NCBI GenBank assembly: GCA_951406725.2
Contig: OX597821.1
Span: 27,466,001-27,530,000 of the forward strand
DNA from: Octopus vulgaris
Taxonomy: Eukaryota
Length of the DNA stretch: 64,000 nucleotides
Reading direction: 5' to 3'
Shown here: piece by piece, positions 27,212 through 40,478 of the stretch
Numbering within the stretch: the first letter of the stretch is position 1
Layout: every line of letters starts with the position of its first letter
Translations under genes and position numbers: made by a program
The notes under the pieces: generated by a model
Seen by the model: only the letters and a program-made list of their open reading frames with translations
What the model was told of the DNA's origin: nothing
Database searches by the model: none

Positions 27212-28110
27212 TTAAATTATGGATGTCGAATTGCAAGTGATTTTTGCAATGTTTGCAATGCTTGGATACTTTGAGTCACAAACTAAATCTTGCCGTATCC
27301 GAGTCTTTAGCAGAAGGCTTAGAAATATGATGAATAATTTAAGATACCAAACGTATATCACACCTACGAAGAAGTTGTCAAATATCCCAACGTAGATTTG
27401 GTATACCTTTCGACCATCAACTGTTACCATCATCCTCTTTCCATTCTCATGCTTAACAATGGCAAGCCAACTCGGTGTGAGAAAACTTGTGATACAAATC
27501 TGACGGAGACAGAAGAAATGTTTGAACTTGCAAAATCACAGAAATTATTTTTAATGGTGTATATGTGGTTTAACTTATTCTCAGATTACGCAGTTATTAG
27601 AGAAAAAATTGAGTCTGGAACCAGAGGAAAGACACGCTGTATTGATGTGTCATTTTTTTGTTGGCATACTTTCAAAGCCACGTATTTCTCAGTGCTCTTT
27701 TGGTGGTGGGGGTATCTTGGAAATTGGTGTTTATACAACATAGCTTGCAAACTTCATATTCAGAAAGAAACCTGGGACAATTACTGCTGTTGGAACAATC
27801 GCTGATCCAGGAATTGACCAGTCTGCCAATATTATTATAAGGATGGTGCCAGAGCGACTTTGTCCTACAATGCTGCTATGATAGGAAGAACAGATGCCTA
27901 TATTTGTAGAACTAAAGTCAGAATTTATTTACATCTACCATTTTACCATTTTGGAGTGCCAACAAAATTGAGGTGAACGGAGAAGAAAGAGAATTTATAA
28001 TCCTCAATAGCTGCGGGTTATCTCACCAAGCTGAATGTGTTTGCCAGTGTTTTCAGAAAGGTAATCTTGAATGTCATACTCACACCATTCCCATACTTAG
28101 TCCATTATAA
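27212..28110 (+). pseudogene. DHDH: Trans-1,2-dihydrobenzene-1,2-diol dehydrogenase-like (Gfo/Idh/MocA oxidoreductase) pseudogene
   Basis: Translates, with stops and frameshifts, as GCRIASDF...FKIPNVYHTYEEVVKYPNVDLVYLSTINCYHHPLSILMLNNGKPTRCEKT...EMFELAKSQKLFLMVYMW...GGGGILEIGVY...GIDQSA...NSCGLSHQAECVCQCFQKG. This is colinear with animal DHDH motifs (GKxVLCEKP, FLMEAxW, GGGxLLDIGVY, GLxYEA). Confidence 0.85.
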
Positions 28111-28559
28111 AAAGAGAGAAGAATGCTAATTATATTATTGATTAATGCATATTTAAACCACACATACAAAGATAACATATTTCATATATATATATACGTA
28201 CATACATCAAACTGTAATATATATACATGTAAATATGTGTATATATGTATTTCAAAGTAACAGTGGCTTCTAAGCTTTGCGTTTCAAACAACTACAAATG
28301 CTTTACCTGACAGAAGTTCAAAGCCATTGTCATTTTTCTAAAAAATAAATATTTTAAATCCTCTCCCACCCGCCCAAAAATTGTCATGGATGTCTACAAG
28401 TCACAGTCTATCTCGTATTTTCCTTATATTAGTATCATCCTATTTTCAGATTTTAAAAAAAAATCGTTATTTCTGTTCCCTGCATTACGATTTGACTTGT
28501 ACCACTCTTGATTATAAAGATATCTGAGCAATCTTAATAAATATACTTTTTTTATGTGA

Positions 28560-29050
28560 TAAATTCGTTCTTTTACTCCATTCATTTAAATCCTTTTATC
28601 CTTAATTTTAACCAATCAGTCAATGTAACAGTGTTCATCCTTCACGACTTCTTCGCAACGTTCCACTAGTTTGACAATGCCATCATGGTACAATTTTCTA
28701 GGTCTTCACTAGAAGAATCAACCAAAACCTTTTCAGTTCAACACCGCTTTAGAACGAAACACATTTAGGACTCCTTTTCAACTAACAGAAAAGATAATAT
28801 TCTGATACCTTGTGTTAGGAAAATATGGTGAATGATGTAGGACATCCCAACTGAGCCCTTCATGACATGATTTTGTCGAATTAGTGACAGGGTGGCGAAG
28901 GTTGGTGTGTTCATCAACATGGACGCTTTACTACTCATGTTGTTTCGTTTGGTGTTCACATGCACGCATTTGTGGTACCTTTGTCATGGAGTTCACGTAG
29001 TAGTCGATGGTATCGCAAACTCTTCCCAATTTTGATAACCTCTGACATAT
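28560..29050 (-). mobile_element. Degenerate mariner transposase 3' relic
   Basis: Minus strand gives GLSWDVLHHSPYFP (WxVLPHPPYSPD-like) and LYHDGIVKLVERCEEVVKDEHCYID (mariner C-terminus). Confidence 0.75.
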
Positions 29051-30013
29051 TCTCAATCGTTAGTATTGTAGAGTAGCCGATTGTATCAATACCAATATAA
29101 GGAATATGAATTTAGCAAAATCAATATCCACTAGAAATGCAGCGACGGAGACTTGACACTGGGATGGTTTTCTTCAATCTCTACGACTATCCATTGATTT
29201 TTGTTTATGGGAAAGAACTTAAAATTCAGCTCCATTAAGTAGTCAACTGAATATTAATCATGTTCTTTTGCTCATCTAATAGTCATAAAACTCAAATTAA
29301 ACCTGGGAAGATAAGACATGGAATAGATAAACCTGTTTCTTAATGAGTTTGTTTACATAAAATCTTGTACAGGAAAAAAATCATTTTCCGAAATCCTAGT
29401 AAGAATCGAAATTTCTGACAAAAGGAAAAAAAATGTAAGTAGTTAGGAAATTGATCTCTTGCGACCCCTCTAACATTTGCAATACGAAATACATTTGCAT
29501 AGTATAAAGTATGCAACGTTTATGTGTTCTAAATTTAGCACATGTGTGCTGGCTCAAAAGCAATAAAGTAAAGACGGGAGAAATCTAGTATTTCTATATA
29601 TCGACCAAAGTGAAAACTAAAGACATATACACAAAGACGAAACACGTAGAGTTGCAGTCGAACGAACACACAGAAACACAAATACAGAAACACACAGATT
29701 TAGAGACGGAAATACAAGAACCCATAAAAAAGCAGGAAAATAGGAGCAAAAAGAGACGTGAAAAGCACAAACGAAAAGAAAAATGATAGTGAGATAGGAC
29801 CTCCCAACTTGAAAGGATAAATCGTAATCCATTATAATGTTGTAAAGACTGTGACTGAGAGGAATGATTGCTTGAACTTTTTAGGAAAAAAAAAGGAAAA
29901 TAATGTCAAATTGAAACTGTTAAATGAACAAGTTTGCAAAATATTTTTTGAACACTGTGATAAACATTTGATTTTCTTTTAGTTTAAAAAAAGGAAAGGA
30001 AATAAGTAAGGAC

Positions 30014-30481
30014 TGTATGAACATTGGTTTAGAATGATAGGGCAAAAGCGAATAGGGAAGTCGCGGTTTCGCCTCGGAGCGAGGGTAAATGTTGTGTTAA
30101 AGGAGTACACGGTTTCATCTCGCAGCTGGAGCGAGATGGACGACTCATTTACATTGTAAGTATATTCATTCCACATTCATCCTTCATATGTTTTATGTTC
30201 CCGCATGTCTTTGTATGTTCCCTCAGTAATTAGACCTTGTGCCTGTAATAAAGTATTAATCGCTAGCGGCTGGGTGTTCCGCACTGATGGGGGTACAAAT
30301 AGTCCGAAAACGTTCAGTCTGGTGATCTCATCGTCTGCTAGATGGTATGGGTTGGTTCCCCTGCTTGCAAAATATACCGGCTGCCGTCTACATCGATAAC
30401 CAGCTAGAGCAGGTCCTTCCTGGGGTTAAAATGCAGTAGTAACATCAAACAGCCATCCCCCATAAATTGAAATTGATCTCA
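30014..30481 (+). mobile_element. Probable solo LTR (468 bp)
   Basis: TG...CA ends flanked by the direct repeat AGGAC (30009-30013, 30482-30486); AATAAA at 30247; GC-richer than the flanks. Confidence 0.55.
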
Positions 30482-31592
30482 AGGACGTATTTGTAACAAC
30501 TGAGATAACTATACCTGGTATAAAGAATAATAAATCCTGTTATAGTATTTCCGTTAATGAGAGACTGTGAATTAGTTGGGAACATTATATATTTTGGAAT
30601 TTCAACCATGAACAAGCAGCCCTTATATGGAATATATTATTCCCCCATAGTTCAAAAATACTTCTTGGATTATTACAATATCCAGTGTATTATTTCTTTC
30701 CGCATCTTCTAATTCAGAATTTAGTTGTTTCTCTTGAAACGTGAAACCATATAAGGGCTTCCTTGTTAGTTCTGTTTCATTCTTAAATTATTTGATATAC
30801 AATGTACACAGAGAAAGCACGTTCTACAGAAGACAGACTAAATTTATCAAACTAAACTTTGTAGCAATATATTCAGTAGCTTGTTTATCAGATATCATGC
30901 ACAATATTCCTAACCTGCATTTAAGTAAGGTAAACTTCACAGTATAATCCTAGTGATCGCTCTTTCCAGATATCGTCTTCAAAACTAATGCAATGAACAT
31001 ACAGGACAATGTCAAGGAAATGAGAACTAAAATATAATTGATAATTTAATAGTTCGATGTAGCTGATTTTTTTGCCATCTATATATTTGCCGGATATTCT
31101 GATATCGTTATTTTATTCACTTTATCAACATTTTGCTTTAATCGCTTTGGTATAAGTACAATCGTTATTACAGAAGTATCATAATCGAACGTTATTCTCA
31201 CTAACTAAATTTGTTGTGATACTTTTCAATTACGGGAAAGTAGATTATAAAATCAATAACATTAACCGATTCTTTCTTTGATATTTTTCGATTACAGTAT
31301 TTATTGTCTGATATCGTAAATATATTATGATTATAACACATTTTTGTTGCCATACATACGTATTAATATGTACACATATAAACTTTTCTCTAGACATATC
31401 CACTCATTCTTATATAAGTACACGAATACGTATATTATATGATTATATATGCATATATAACATGTATATATAATATATGTATATATTTATGTATATGCAT
31501 ATATCTATATAAATACATATATAATGCACGGACAAACACAATACACGCACGCGCACACACATGTATACTGGAAATGCCTATCTATCTATCAT

Positions 31593-31637
<45 letters not shown>

Positions 31638-31696
31638 TTATCTCTCTCTCTATATATATATATCTATCTATTTATCTCTCTCTCTCTCTCTCTATC

Positions 31697-31733
<37 letters not shown>

Positions 31734-33767
31734 ACCTTTCATCTGTTTCTGTCTTTCTTTCTGCATACATGTCTCTCATCAACTGTCTACTTCTCTCTTC
31801 CTACGCACACACACGCACAAATACACACAATTATATAATTTTAAAATGTGTATATGTGTGTATCTTTTCCCCCCCAATAACTATTTTACTTGCCAATAAT
31901 TGTTACAGATGTTTTCAGACATTCGCTATTCACAAATCGATAAAATAAGTTCTATTGTATTTATTATATTTAATATTATATTAAATGATCAATAACTATA
32001 ATACCTGGGTGCTTCTTTCTATAAGATATGTTCAATTCAATCTATGCATCACTGCCTTCAAATGATACATTTGAAAACCATGTACTCGTTGGTTGATCAC
32101 TTGTCGAATAAATTTTCATATTTAGATATGTTATTATATGTATGTGCAGTTACTATTAGTTATAATGATGAGTAAAATTCTTGTGTTAGTGACTTTCATA
32201 GTGACTACTTTCCTTATAGTCACCTATCAGTGATAGAAACCTTGGAGACTTGTATCATAATTGTAAATTTCACCACAATCTTGGCAAAAAGCCTTCTACC
32301 TCAGATAAGGTGAATATCAACATGAAAATATCGTTAAATGAATATTAAGGAAAAGCGGTTTAAGTCATAATACATGTCAGTAAATTATTTTATTTTGTTT
32401 CCAACTGTACATATCTAGGACGAAAGTTATTTTTCCTCTATCAGGTGTTTAAAAAGCTATTCAACACATTTGGATATGATCTAATGGATGTATATAAATG
32501 TCACACTCTCTGATGCAGTGTGAACTAAATAATCTGTTACATCTATATTCTCTACACGTATATTCAGTTATTGGTTTTCGATGATGGCGTGACAACATCA
32601 TCGTGAATTTAGTTGTATTTCGGCTTGCAGGAAGAAAAGTAAACTGAACCCGAATAGTATTAACTAACTGAAGCTGAGTGATCTACTTGACTGTATTTTT
32701 GAGCAGGTTATGTTCACCAGCCTGCAACACCATAGTCGCACATATGCACGCGCATACATATGTGTGCATCTAAATGACTTAGTTTATGTATAAGAATTAT
32801 TTAGAAAGCTATGACAGATAATAGGTACTAAAAAATTAGTACCTATTATCACCTGCACTAGATATGGGGAGGACTTTTCATTGGATAGCCCTGCCTGCTT
32901 AATATAGGTAAGTTCTAATGAAATATTCTGCAAATCTACTTACCTCAAATTGTGCTTTTGCACAGGACCTATAAATGTCGTTATTATTTCATTCTTTTGT
33001 CTGGGTACGAACTATTCGAAATTCAGGAATATGAATATGCTTTATTCTAATTTCATCCGTAGAAAGATTGCTATAAGATAAGCAAACTAGAATAACTTCA
33101 AATACAAATGAAATACATTTTTGTGGTATAGTAATCAAATACTGCTCTTTACGTTCACGAAAATATTGTTCATTTGTCTTAAATCATTGTTTGTAATGGA
33201 ATATGATGTGAAACTGACTCTCATATGCTAACGATAAATATAGATTAATTTGTATGTATAAATACATAAAACAGGTATTCGATTGTAAACTTAACTCATG
33301 CGTTTCGTGCATTATTTCCCCCAGCGTACTATTGGTTGTTATACTTAACATTGTATTAGCTCCATATATAAGTTATAGCAAACAAATTGTTTAGCGTAGA
33401 TTATTATTTTATAACATGAAACATTCAGACAAATGACTACACGTAAGATGTATTGTGCTTAGAATATTGTTACAACTGGTTATCTGTCATTTTCACCACA
33501 ACAAATACGTCAAAATGTCAAGAGATAAGATTTTCGCTAAATTATATGTTTGACCCGGAAACTTGGGAAATTATGTGCAATGGGTTAAATGTCCAACACT
33601 TGTTTATTTCAAAATTTGCCTTTGCATCAGATTCTGTTTGAATGTGAAAGAAACGTTTCTCAATTTGGAAAATTTCATGCGAACAGGTGTTTAATGTTGC
33701 AACCACGTCTGCAAAACACAGACCAGCCTAAGGGTAAAGAAAACATTACGAACATTGTTTATAGAAT

Positions 33768-34085
<318 letters not shown>

Positions 34086-35599
34086 TGGAACTGCAACATC
34101 ATGTAAACTTTACACACTAAAACGTCTGCGTACGTGACAGTTGGCTTCACTATGGTATTTAATTGCAAACGAAACGTAAGCTTTAAAATCCTGTCATACA
34201 TTTTGAAAACAGATAACGTTTGAGATGAAAATTGGAAAACGTATTATTATATCGCAAATGGCCATTAAATTTACAGACAAACCTATAATTACTTGTACTT
34301 TAATGTTTATTAATAAGTGTTCCATAAATATTTCTCAGAACAGGAAAATTGCTTTTGGAAAGTGATAGGAAATTGTAGTAGTTTTTTTTTTTGCTGTTTA
34401 ATAGTTTTTGTAATCGTCTATTTTTGGCTTTTGATACAATATGATGAGAATGTCAGTTGATTGGACTCTCAGAATATTACATCATTTTATCGTCGATGAA
34501 ATGATATAATATGATGTAAAATTTTGCGAGGATTTTACAACAGTTCAGACAATGCTTTATATGGAGAGGAAGTCCATGTGACATGTTATAGATCATATCC
34601 TGGCACAAATATTTTCACCTCGTTTTGGAAAGTATGCATACATTTTCACATTACATTCACCACTAATTCTTCTATACGAACGATGTGAGTTGAATGCCAA
34701 TACAAAGCAAAGCAGTTACTGATCCGTATGCTGGTATTAATGATTGTAATTCTTTATCTAGGAAATAAATTTACCATCGAGTAGCAGTTTGAGTGAATTT
34801 ATATTTTTGTTTTAATCCATTAACATATACACGTGGTTTTCATATTGGTGACATTGGGTCACTGGTTTTGAACAGCTTCTAAATGTTTTTCAGTAATTTT
34901 ACGGAAAGTGAAAATGAGAGATGTGAGCGATAAGTAAAACGAAATATGTACGTCTTAATTTGGCCATAGCAGAAACAAATTTCAGTTACACTACATGTTC
35001 TCTGACTTAGTTACTGGATCGAAGTCACAACTATGTAGCATAATAAATATTATATACGTCGCGAGACAATTCAAGGATATGCTGCAATTTAAAATTTAAC
35101 AATTTTAGATACTGACAGATCATTCGATGATGCATTTCTGAAATCGACTGTAATTCAACGCCTATTTATCTAAAATACAGGAAAAGCTTGAGTCATATCT
35201 ATATGCATGTTGTATATGTGTGGTATGAGGCCACGTACTTAGACTACAGAACGGTAATTTAGTTGAGCATTGAACCGAATACTTTTAACGTTCTTAAGGC
35301 GTATCAGCTTTTCCTTACCCCTCTTCTCTAAGCTGCCTGCCAATAATACCGAAGAATCATTATTTTAGGAATAATTCATATAATGCTACGTGTGTAACGA
35401 CCTGATATGAATTAATAGAACACCGAGTGTGAACAGTCTACTAGTGAATACACATGTATATATACTTTTAGTTGCGTGTCGCCGTTGTAAAATTAGGCGA
35501 CGGGAATAAACCAAGGGACTTAGGAAATGCATGAAATGATCATTGAAACGTCTCGAATTAGTTTTCTAATTAGTCCCATGATATCTTTCCAATTTTTTC

Positions 35600-35607
35600 T
35601 ATTATTA

Positions 35608-35686
<79 letters not shown>

Positions 35687-35730
35687 CATTATCATCATCA
35701 TCATCATCGGCAACATTATTATTATTATAT
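35600..35730. repeat. (ATT)n/(ATC)n trinucleotide repeat
   Basis: Directly visible. Confidence 0.95.
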
Positions 35731-38259
35731 ACATTTGTTTGTGTCTGTGTATCAGAGTTTGTGTGATCATGTATGGATGTATATAAGTATATGTATTTAG
35801 TAACCTTGGTGACATGGTAGTTAAGACCGTTCACGGCGAGACCCACTTTGTAACTTCAGTGCCAAAAGTAATTATTGTCTGACAGTTTATTATATTTCTC
35901 TGCTACATTACATTTTTTTTGAAATTTAAACAATATTTAGTCCTGATGACGATATTACTGAATGTTTATCTAATGAATATACTAGATGAAAAGTACTGCA
36001 CGCAGCATGCAATCCGTATATAATTTATTAACTTTAGAACAACAAAGATCCAAATCAACTCAGATACAATTTGAATGATCAAATAATTAATGCATGTATG
36101 TAGGATACATAACTCTTCAGCAGCCCAATACATTAAAATCTATAAATGTAGAAGGGAGAATGTAATTGGTGAAGTAAACCTGAGCTTTTAAATCTAAATT
36201 GATACTCGTTCATGAACACAAATTTATGACAAGTTCATTTCTCGCTCATGAAATACAGTGTGGTATGAGAGTATGAGTGTCGCTTTCTTGGTGCAAGGGA
36301 TTGTATGAGAAATAGTTGATTGGTAAGAACGTGTTTAAACACCTATTGACGCATGTAAACGTCCCTACAAATTTGCATCAGTAACAGAAATTGTAAAGAT
36401 GTACAAAGGTAACATTAGTTTATAGTCACATGAACTTGCGGTTATTTTAGCAACATGAATAAGAGAGTTTGAATTAACATAATTTTGCTTCCTTTAATCC
36501 TCAAACATTTTACATGCCAGTCGAATTATATAACACTAAAGTCGATCCTAATTTTGAAAGTATCGCCTCTACTAACGAAAGAATATATTAGTTTTATTTG
36601 GAAATAAATTGTTCACTGAAGCGTTATTAATAATTTTAAATGGAAAATTAGCCTATGACTAACTTAAAAGCAATATTTCTAATATAGATAATAGTGAAGA
36701 GTTAAGTGAATAGTCTTATGGATAGATTAACAACCTCACAATATTGATTTATAGTATTGCCACATGGCCAGACATTCTGAGGTAGGAATAATGCATGGAA
36801 ATTGAATTAGTGCATTGCCGCTACCAATTGTATGGATCTTGAAAGAATGAAAGTCAAAATTAATCATCAGCAGGATTTCAAAATAGAGAGGAAATACGCC
36901 TCACTATTTATTAGTCTTCGTTCTTGCAATTCCCCACTTGACTCATTATATGACTGGTTACTCAATGATATATTTGCATTATATAGTTTTCGAATAGTAC
37001 CACCTTGAAAACAGATAAATCACTAACAAATATATTGTGTTGAATACACATACTCCATCCCTAGGTTATATTTGTAAGCTCGAGAATCAAAGATTTTTTC
37101 CATTCTTTCCGAGCGTCAAACATCTGCTTGTTGTTCCCTCACCTGTCTTTGTTGTTTTCTATTCTGTAAATTTCAACTATAATCCATCATTCTTTCGTAA
37201 GGAAGCATGGCTTCGTTAATTATATTAGGGATATAAATTGCGACGAAAATTCTACCACATTTCGATTCCCTAACTCTTGACCCAACGGATATTTCAGGAA
37301 GTTAGAGATGACGTAAAAGAGGCATTTTCACCAATTTCTTTTCTCAGAACAGATGACTGGAGCAACATGAAACGAACATTCCTTACTGAAAGATATAACA
37401 CACCGTTTGGTGTACGATCTAAAAACACGATTTTATAATCATGAGCTGAAAATCATACCCAACTAGGCCACGAATGTTTACCAGTCAACAATTTGGCCAT
37501 CTTTTTGGAAGTAAATCATTGTCACAACAAAAACATATTAGAATACAATATAACGGAAATCGCATTTCAAATACAAATACAAAATTTTATATCACACCTA
37601 TAGTCATATAAAATGCAATACCATCCATCGCTCGGAGCGCGCCGACGCTAACACATACGCACACATACACACACATACACTCACGGACGCACACACATAC
37701 ACAAACGCGTGCGCACACACACACACACACACAAAGAAATGTTGTATTTTGTAGTGTAGTTATATGATGAGCAAAATAATCTAATCCATTTTCTAATGGA
37801 TTTTTTAAAATTACTTGTGGAAGAATCTGTAAAACACTCCACGGCATCGTGCTTCGAGAGATATAGTAAAGACGTCTGAAGCAATTGAATGTCTAGAACA
37901 ATGGAATGCTATATTCGAAGTATTGTGGTATATAGTATATAAAATATAAGGAAAATGATTATGATAATCCAATCGAGAAAGAGTATAGTAACCTAGAAAA
38001 ATAAGTAATAAACGCCATAAACGAGACAAAGTGCTGATGGTCATTTTATTTCAAAAACATTATTACTATTATAAATGCCTTTGCACAGCTTCTAACGCTG
38101 GAGATATACTACAGTGTCAGCTGTTCACTATACAATTCAGTAGTCTTATTTTTATAACGTTATTTCACTGCACTACGGGGGCGCAGCTCTTTATGCCTTG
38201 TGTACGTGCTGTAGTTTGCTGCCATGCTATTATTATTATATTATTGTAAGTGTTTTACG

Positions 38260-38890
38260 TAAGATGTGAACAGTGCCTAGTATTGCTATTTTCTGTATGT
38301 TATATATATATATATTTGTTAGTCCTGATGTGTTTGTTATGTATTTTTCTGAATATTTTTTAGCATACCTAAAGCGTCCACGATCATAGGAAGTGTTTCT
38401 GCTTTTAGACTCCACATTCGAGTTAACTCTATTTCCAGTTCTTTGAATTTGGAAAGTTTCTATATTTCTTTTAGAGAAACGTTGCCATATGTTGGTGTTG
38501 ATACATCAATTAGAAACATTTTTTTCTCCATGATCTTTGACAACTATATCTGGCTTATTGGCATTAATTTCTCAGTCTGTGTGTATTGGCATATCCGATA
38601 GTATATTATACTTTCTCATAGTCTGTGACATTTTCTGGCGTGTGCCTATAACATCTTTTTTCTGTTGTTATTCCATAATGTTGACATACACAGCGTCCAG
38701 TGTATGTAGGTCCCAACTCTGTTGTGTCTGTGACTATATTCATTCTTAGCCAGGACTATGCATCCAGAGAAAATATGATTTATTGTTTCTTGTCCATCTC
38801 CACATATTCTGCATTTACTTGTTATGTTTATTTTCAATATATATTTTTGGTAATTTCTGGAGGGGAGGCTTTGGCCTTGTGCTGCAACTA
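38260..38890 (-). mobile_element. Older 3' fragment of the same R4/Dong-like LINE family as 23116-24013
   Basis: Minus strand gives KCRICGDGQETINHIFSGC...HRHNRVGTYIHW and ANKPDIVV; DNA is colinear with the reverse complement of ~23270-23900. Confidence 0.9.
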
Positions 38891-38928
38891 AATATCCTTC
38901 AGTCTCTGATCATAGCACAGCTAGCACG

Positions 38929-38999
38929 TAGCATGCTAGAAGGAGTAGCCAAAATCCAAACCACTGGTTTGGAATTTGGCTACTCCTTCTAGCATGCTA
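38929..38999. repeat. 71-nt near-perfect hairpin
   Basis: 35-nt arms matching at 34/35 with a 1-nt spacer at 38964. Confidence 0.95.
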
Positions 39000-39076
39000 G
39001 GTGTCCTGTGATGGTCATCAATGATGTGTTTAAATGTATAGTGTATTACTATGAATATACATACATATATATTATC

Positions 39077-39122
<46 letters not shown>

Positions 39123-39779
39123 TGCATATATATATATATATATATATATGCACATGCATATGCACACACATACACATATACTTATATATGTATACACATG
39201 TATACTTGCAGAAATTAACTCGTTAATACTGACTGAAAAAATTAAATGACACATGTATTCAAAGACTGAGCTAAAGTAAGGCTATAATTTTAGCTTGCTG
39301 TCTCCCAATATAGTATGAAAGTACCCCAATTCTTTAGTTTTATTCCTAACGGATGTATTGTGGATTACTGAATCCTAACCAAAGAAAACAAACAACACGC
39401 GTAGACAAAAGTTAAGGCACACAGTGGAAGTAACAAGTATTACCCAAAAGGAAGAGTAGAGGCAAAGCTACTATGGTGGTAACCTTTTTCCAAGAAAACA
39501 AACAGACGTTGTAATTAATTATACATGCATGATTGAGATTCAAACAATTAGAACATCCCCTTAATTCTCAATTCTTGAAACCCAATTGCAAACTTGATAT
39601 AATCTCGATTTTACTTTAAAACCCGTTGTGTAAATCGTGATTCCAATTAAACTGTTTAATTAATCTTTAGCATTACAACCTTGCATCACCTTACGTGCAA
39701 TAAAATTATTGTGTTGAGACAAAAATTTCGCATTATCTTGGTAACTTACTTGCTTTATCCGTCAAGTTACAAGGGAAGT

Positions 39780-39960
39780 ATCCTAGTATTTACAGTTTAT
39801 GCCATGCTGTACACCGTTTGAAGCCACCTTTCTGCCAGTTCTTTGATCCAAAGGTGATGCTAAAACTCGTTCTCGTGCTGTGAGGTGAAGATTTCCTACA
39901 GTAAAACGTCGACCTCCACTTTGCTGGCAAATGTTATCAAGCGCTTGAAGTGGACCGGTA
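39780..39960 (-). mobile_element. Mariner C-terminal relic
   Basis: Minus strand gives EIFTSQ...IKELAERWLQT (mariner-like GIxxLxERW ending), with stops. Confidence 0.5.
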
Positions 39961-40289
39961 ACGCAACACCTCAAAATTCCAAATTAATTATCTTTCAAAT
40001 ATGCTTTGACCTACAGCTACTGGTGTAACACATTATTGACACTTGACATTTTTTATTTATATCGCTATAAATGTGTTGTAGATGGGCAACGCTGGCAAAA
40101 GTTTTATTCAATCTGAGATATTTGACCGTTAAGGATACAGAACCATGACAAGTATTACAAGTAATATATTCGTGATTATATGGACGGAAAATGCACAATA
40201 TTTTGCACAAGTACATATATAAATTATAGAACGTATAGTGCAGACATATCGCGTTCATTATTCTGCGCTAGCCACTACACATTCTTTAT

Positions 40290-40439
40290 TTTCTCTCTTT
40301 GTTTCTGTCGGTGTTCCTTTCTGTGGAAGAGCGCAGGTTCGAAACATTAAAGACTTTTTCACTTCCCGAGCGTTATACTAATACATCTGTTTGTTGTCTA
40401 CACCACCTGTCTTCGTCTTTCGTTTCTTTTGTGAATTCT

Positions 40440-40442
<3 letters not shown>
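40290..40442 (+). repeat. Short interspersed repeat with hammerhead-like GAAGAGC-loop-GTTCGAAAC, ending at (TA)n
   Basis: Related segments at ~37075-37180 (+) and ~55178-55216 (-) share CACCTGTCTT...TGTGAATT. Confidence 0.55.
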
Positions 40443-40478
<36 letters not shown>

